Assembly: GCF_009914755.1 (NCBI RefSeq)
Contig: NC_060947.1
Strand: one strand, 5' to 3'
DNA length: 64,000 bases
DNA from: the human T2T-CHM13v2.0 reference genome, Homo sapiens
Positions within the stretch are counted from its first letter, which is position 1; every line of letters begins with the position of its first letter. The notes under the pieces were generated by a model, which made no database searches, was not told the DNA's origin, and saw nothing but the letters and a program-made list of their open reading frames with translations. A program made the position numbers and the translations under genes. Below, in pieces: positions 57,945 to 64,000 of the stretch.

Positions 57945-58270
<326 letters not shown>

Positions 58271-58474
58271 TGGACCAGAGCTTTTTTAAGCTACCTGCAG
58301 CATTGTCTAAAATCCCTGCTGTGTTCCCAGACCAACCAAGAGAGGCCACACCTGTCAGCGAAGGTAGGTTGAAAGCTAAGCAATGACCTCACTTATGATA
58401 TAGGAAAAATTTCCAGTGCTTCCCCTAGACCCCAGTTGAGACCGAGGACAAGACAAGGGAAGGTGATGATATAG

Positions 58475-58960
58475 TCTTAAGAGTTGCAAACAACCCTTAA
58501 AGGCCATTTAGTGTAATCGCTATATCTCAGTTTTGAAATTCCCAATAAAATATCTCTCCTACCTCTGCTTGAACATCTCCAGTACTGGGGAGCTTGGTGT
58601 TTTCTAAGGTAGCCCATTCAGTCTCTGGCCATATTCATTAGATAACTCTTCCTCACATTGAACTGAAATCTGCCTCCTTTGATAGAGGTTCTGATCTCTT
58701 GGGCAAGTCACCTCCTGCGGATATATGACCCTTTTGATACTTGAAGACAGCACCTATGTTTCATTTAACTCTTTGCTTAGCTAAGTTTTTCTCAATCCTC
58801 ATTTGACAATTTTGAGGCTTCTGTTATCCATGCTTTTTCCTCTCAACAGTCCATAGGCCAGGGTACCAAAGTCTGACATAGCATTCCTGGTGAGTCTGAC
58901 CATTCATTCCCTAAGCTGAACATCATTTCTCTATTGACCACATGACATGGTCAGATTGCA
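58475..58960 (-). mobile_element. L3/CR1 fragment
   Basis: cctctgcttgaacatctccagtactggggagc...ttcctcacattgaactgaaatctgcctcc. Confidence 0.6.
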
Positions 58961-59459
58961 TTGTCGATTCAGCCGTAGTTTCCAGACAGTCTAAACCCAG
59001 CTGGAAGATGCCCCAATGCTGCTTCACTAAGAACTACAGGGATAACCAGTGCTTCCAACCAAAAGTATTTCACTACTGAATGTAGGTCCTGGTGACACAG
59101 CAAGTAATAAAGTGGAGGGTAGAAAGTTATCTGGTTATATTTTTTGTTGATAACTTTAGTGTCTATTTTTCTTCCCTATATTATCCCTAGTTTATCCACT
59201 GGTCATTTCATATGCTGCCTGGGACCAGGCCCAAGAAAATATGGAAAAATGCAACTTACATAAGATTGAGGAATTTTATTAGTCATATACACTGCTCACA
59301 ACAAATCAGGAGTGAACTTGAAACTGCCTTTCTCTCTTCACGCCTCCCTCCCCAGCCACAGTGTTAGGAATGAATGACACTGCCTGCAAATAGAGGAAAA
59401 GAGAACTTGGTCACTTAAAAATATAGCATTCTAATTTTTTCTTCCACTAGGTTAGAAAA

Positions 59460-59770
59460 TATTTATTTGATTAACAAACTGTAGTAGTATATATTTATGG
59501 GGTACCATGTGATGTTTTGATATATGTTGACATTGTGGAATGATTAACTCAAACTGACAAATCCATTACCTCACATACTTAATCTTTTTCGTGTTGAAAA
59601 CATTTAAAATCTACTCTTTTAACTACTTAACTTTTTGTGGTGAAACATTTAAAATATACAATGCATAATTATTTATTACAGTCACCATTCTGTGAAATAG
59701 ATCACTAAAGCTTATTCCTCCTGTCTAACTGAAACTTTGTATCCTTTGATCAACATCTCCCCTTTCCCCG
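59460..59770 (-). mobile_element. L1MA 3' end
   Basis: atatttatggggtaccatgtgatgttttgatatatg...aagcttattcctcctgtctaactgaaactttgtatcctttga. Confidence 0.8.
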
Positions 59771-60453
59771 TTCCTCTAGATTTTAACTAAGTTTGTTCAC
59801 TACATGGGCTAAAAAGTGCGATATATTCTTTATCTAATTAACTAAATAATAATCCCCAGTAGAATGTAAAGAAAATGTGATTTGGCAGATTTATGCTTCA
59901 TATAGTTGGATGAGAGAGGGATCCAGTGTGAAGTTACATTTTGAGAATATTCACATTCCTGATGGATTTGTACAAGTAGCACACATCACAATGATCACTC
60001 ACTTACAATCATGTAATCAACACTTCATACAAGGGCTAAACTAAAAATTATAAGATAGGTGACAGCTACTAATGTATTTATGGAGGCAACAGAACAAACT
60101 ATTTGGTATTAGAAATGTGTTGAGTAAAAAGAGCCGTGTGCTTGCTGGGAGCAACTAATGAAGAGTTTGCTTACATTGTCCCATATTTATGATTATGTGT
60201 TCTATCACCCTCCCACTCCACCCGTGACATTTACTATATTTACTGTTCTAACTCCTTTCCTGAGACTGGAGCTCCTGCAGTATCTACCTTACAAACTGCA
60301 TTTCGTCACACACACTGACTCACTCCAAAGCCAGTTTCAAATATGGTTCCTTCTTTTGGCCCTAAGATTTGAAAGACAGGGCATGTAAGTTTCTAAAGCA
60401 CAACTGAATCCATCTTAACAAGGAAAGGTAAATACATTTTCCCTGCAGTTTCA

Positions 60454-61553
<1,100 letters not shown>

Positions 61554-62159
61554 TGACAACATCTTATGCAGTTAAAGGGGCATTTCATGATCCTTTACAG
61601 ATAAACAAACTGGGATAGAAGAATATAAAATATTAACTTCCACCCCAAAAGAAGCCACCTCATTTTTGTTTTAATGAAAGTTTGTTAAAGTGATGAGGTT
61701 ACAAATTAATATAAATGTTTGGGAAAATATGCTTCTTGTTTAGAGAAAGTGGGACCATAAACCAGCAAAAGTATTTCACTGAATTTCACTTTAATGGCTG
61801 CAGGTGAACACTTGATCTGAGAGTGGTACAGATCTCTTTGTCTTTCTATTCACCCTCTTTCTCTTCCCTCAACCTAATCAGTTAAAGGTCAGCTCTCTGA
61901 CATAATTGCAATCCATTTTATTCAGACAATGAAACATCTTATTATTGAGTGCCAGATAAGTACCCCATTGCTATCTACCATCAAACAGGAAGTCAGAAAA
62001 TAAATTCAACATCTAACTCCACTATTAACTAGTTGGGTGATCTTTATCTCATTGCCAGTTTTCTCCTTTTTAAAATGGGAAGAACAACAATATTTGCTGT
62101 GGCTTCTTCACAGGGTTATTGTGAGGGCAAGTGAGAAAATAGGCATAAACACACATTAT

Positions 62160-62330
62160 AAAATAAAATATGATATATATATTTTATCTATGATATATTT
62201 TATCTATGATATATTTTATCTATGATATATATATTTTATATATATGATATATATAAAATGTATATAAAAATATATATATAAAATAAAATATATATATTTT
62301 ATAAACTAAAATATGATATATTTATATATT
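62160..62330. repeat. AT-rich low-complexity tract with (atattttatctatgat)x3
   Basis: Seen directly. Confidence 0.85.
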
Positions 62331-63064
62331 GTGAAGTATTATAATTGTTAATTGTAATAATAAGTATAAGTAACTTTTTAGATGTGGAAGACAATATTGC
62401 ATTTAATATTAGTGGCATTTATTGGTCCAGTGAAATTATTACAACTGTAGATTTTAGTGTATACTTCTGATTCTCAGATAAAATTTGCAGACATGTTTTG
62501 ATGTACTTTATGAAGATAAGAGTAATTCAGCTGAATTAGACTCTAGCTTTTTCTTACAACTGGTCACTTTTCATGAGTGTAAAAACAGGTGGTTTATCCA
62601 ATTCTGAAATACCTTTTAGGTGACAACCCTGTAACATTTCATATGTGAGGCGGTTGTCTAGATGTTACATTCCAGATATCTATAGTTTAAAGAATATAAA
62701 ACTTTTTAACATTAGGAATTTGCCAAAAACATTCTGTAATCATCCTGAGTAACAGGGATGGGAAAGTTTTTGTGATACGTTTTATTTTCTCTAATCTTGA
62801 AGTTAAACTAATTGGTCCAATTTTTAAAATAGTGAATAACAAAGACTGGAGGAGCCAGAATAGAGGAGCAACTTGAGGCTCAGTGAACTGCCCAGATATC
62901 AAGGAAGAAGGAGGCACACAGTATGCAGATTCTCCAGGGGAGAAGACTTAGAGTCTCTACAAATTATAAGAAGTAGGGGAGGAGGAAAGACAGTGATGGA
63001 AGGAGGAAGAGAAGTAATGTTTGTGGGTAACTACTTGACAAGTATTTTAAGTTTTGCAGTTTTA

Positions 63065-63388
63065 ATTTAGTTTAGTTTAATTGAATTTTTGAGACAGGGT
63101 CTTGCTGTGTCTCCCAAGCTGGGGTACAGTGGCACAGTCAAGGCTCACTGCAGCCTTGACCTCCTGGACTCAAGTGATTTTCCCACCTTAGCTGCCTGAG
63201 TAATTGGGACCACAGGCTCCCATCACCTTGCCTGGCTAATTTTAAACATTTTTTTGAAAAGTTTTTTGTAGAGACGAGGTCTCCCTGTGTTGCCCAGGCT
63301 GGTCTCAAACTCCTGGGCGCAAGTGATCCTCCTGCTTTCGCCTCCTCAAAGTGTTGGTATTACAGGTGTGAGACACCACGCCTGGCCA
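63065..63388 (-). mobile_element. AluJ
   Basis: caaggctcactgcagccttgacctcctggactcaag. Confidence 0.9.
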
Positions 63389-63414
63389 AGTTTGGAAGTT
63401 TTAAAAACATGTTC

Positions 63415-63995
63415 TACAAGTCCATCAATGAATGAATAGATAAAGAAAATCTGGTATATATACACAATAGAATACAATTCAGCCATAAAAAAGAAAATCT
63501 TGTCATTTGGGACAACATGGATGAACCTGGAGAACATTATGTTAAATAAAATAAGCCAGACATAGAAGATAAATACTGTTTTGTCTTCATATGTGGAGTG
63601 TAAAAAAAGTTGAACTCATGGGAGCAGAGAGTAGAATGATGTTTGCCAGGGGCTGGGGTAAGGAGGAGACGTTTGTCAAAGGATCCAAAATTTCAGTTAG
63701 ACAGGAGGAATAAGTTCAAGAGATCTATTGTACAACATGGTGAATGTGGTGAATAACAATATATTGTATTCTTGAAAATTGTCAAGAGTAGATTTTAAGC
63801 GTTGTCACCACAAAAATAACTATGTGAGGTAATACATATGTTAATTAGTTAACATATGTAATATGTAATACATATTAAATGTATTACATGTTAAAATGTA
63901 ATACATTTCACACTGTATACATGTTTCAATAAAGCATCATATACACAATAAATATATGCCATTTTTGGTCAACTAAAAATAAGTTAATTTTTAAA
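63415..63995 (+). mobile_element. L1MA 3' end
   Basis: ggatgaacctggagaacattatgttaaat...aatttcagttagacaggaggaataagttcaagagatctattgtacaacatggtga. Confidence 0.85.
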
Positions 63996-64000
63996 AACCA

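Overview
Primate (human-like) genomic DNA with no credible protein-coding exon. It reads as the long intron(s) of a + strand gene, which I cannot name. Two probable + strand non-coding exons lie at 17713-17812 and 47269-47355. A repeat-poor regulatory region at 17.2-21.2 kb carries RFX, YY1, GC-box, NRF1-like and CRE motifs. There are about 35 Alus, plus THE1D, a full-length Tigger1 nested in MER2, and L1M/L2/L3/MIR/MER fossils. The outstanding feature is a ~25 kb strand-asymmetric C/A-rich domain (21.55-46.7 kb). It is a highly decayed ~20-bp minisatellite, old enough to contain MIR, MER1B and Alu insertions, with a young ~7.7 kb array of (CA)n-CATTCCA-TA units re-amplified inside it. The invariant core of that array, CACATTCCAT, is the TEAD consensus as DNA. 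As + strand RNA it is the miR-1/miR-206 8mer site ACAUUCCA, and the CA spacer supplies extra 3'-end pairing. The long His/Thr/Cys/Val ORFs in the ORF track are artefacts of this array. Repeat subfamily names are from memory, not from a database search.
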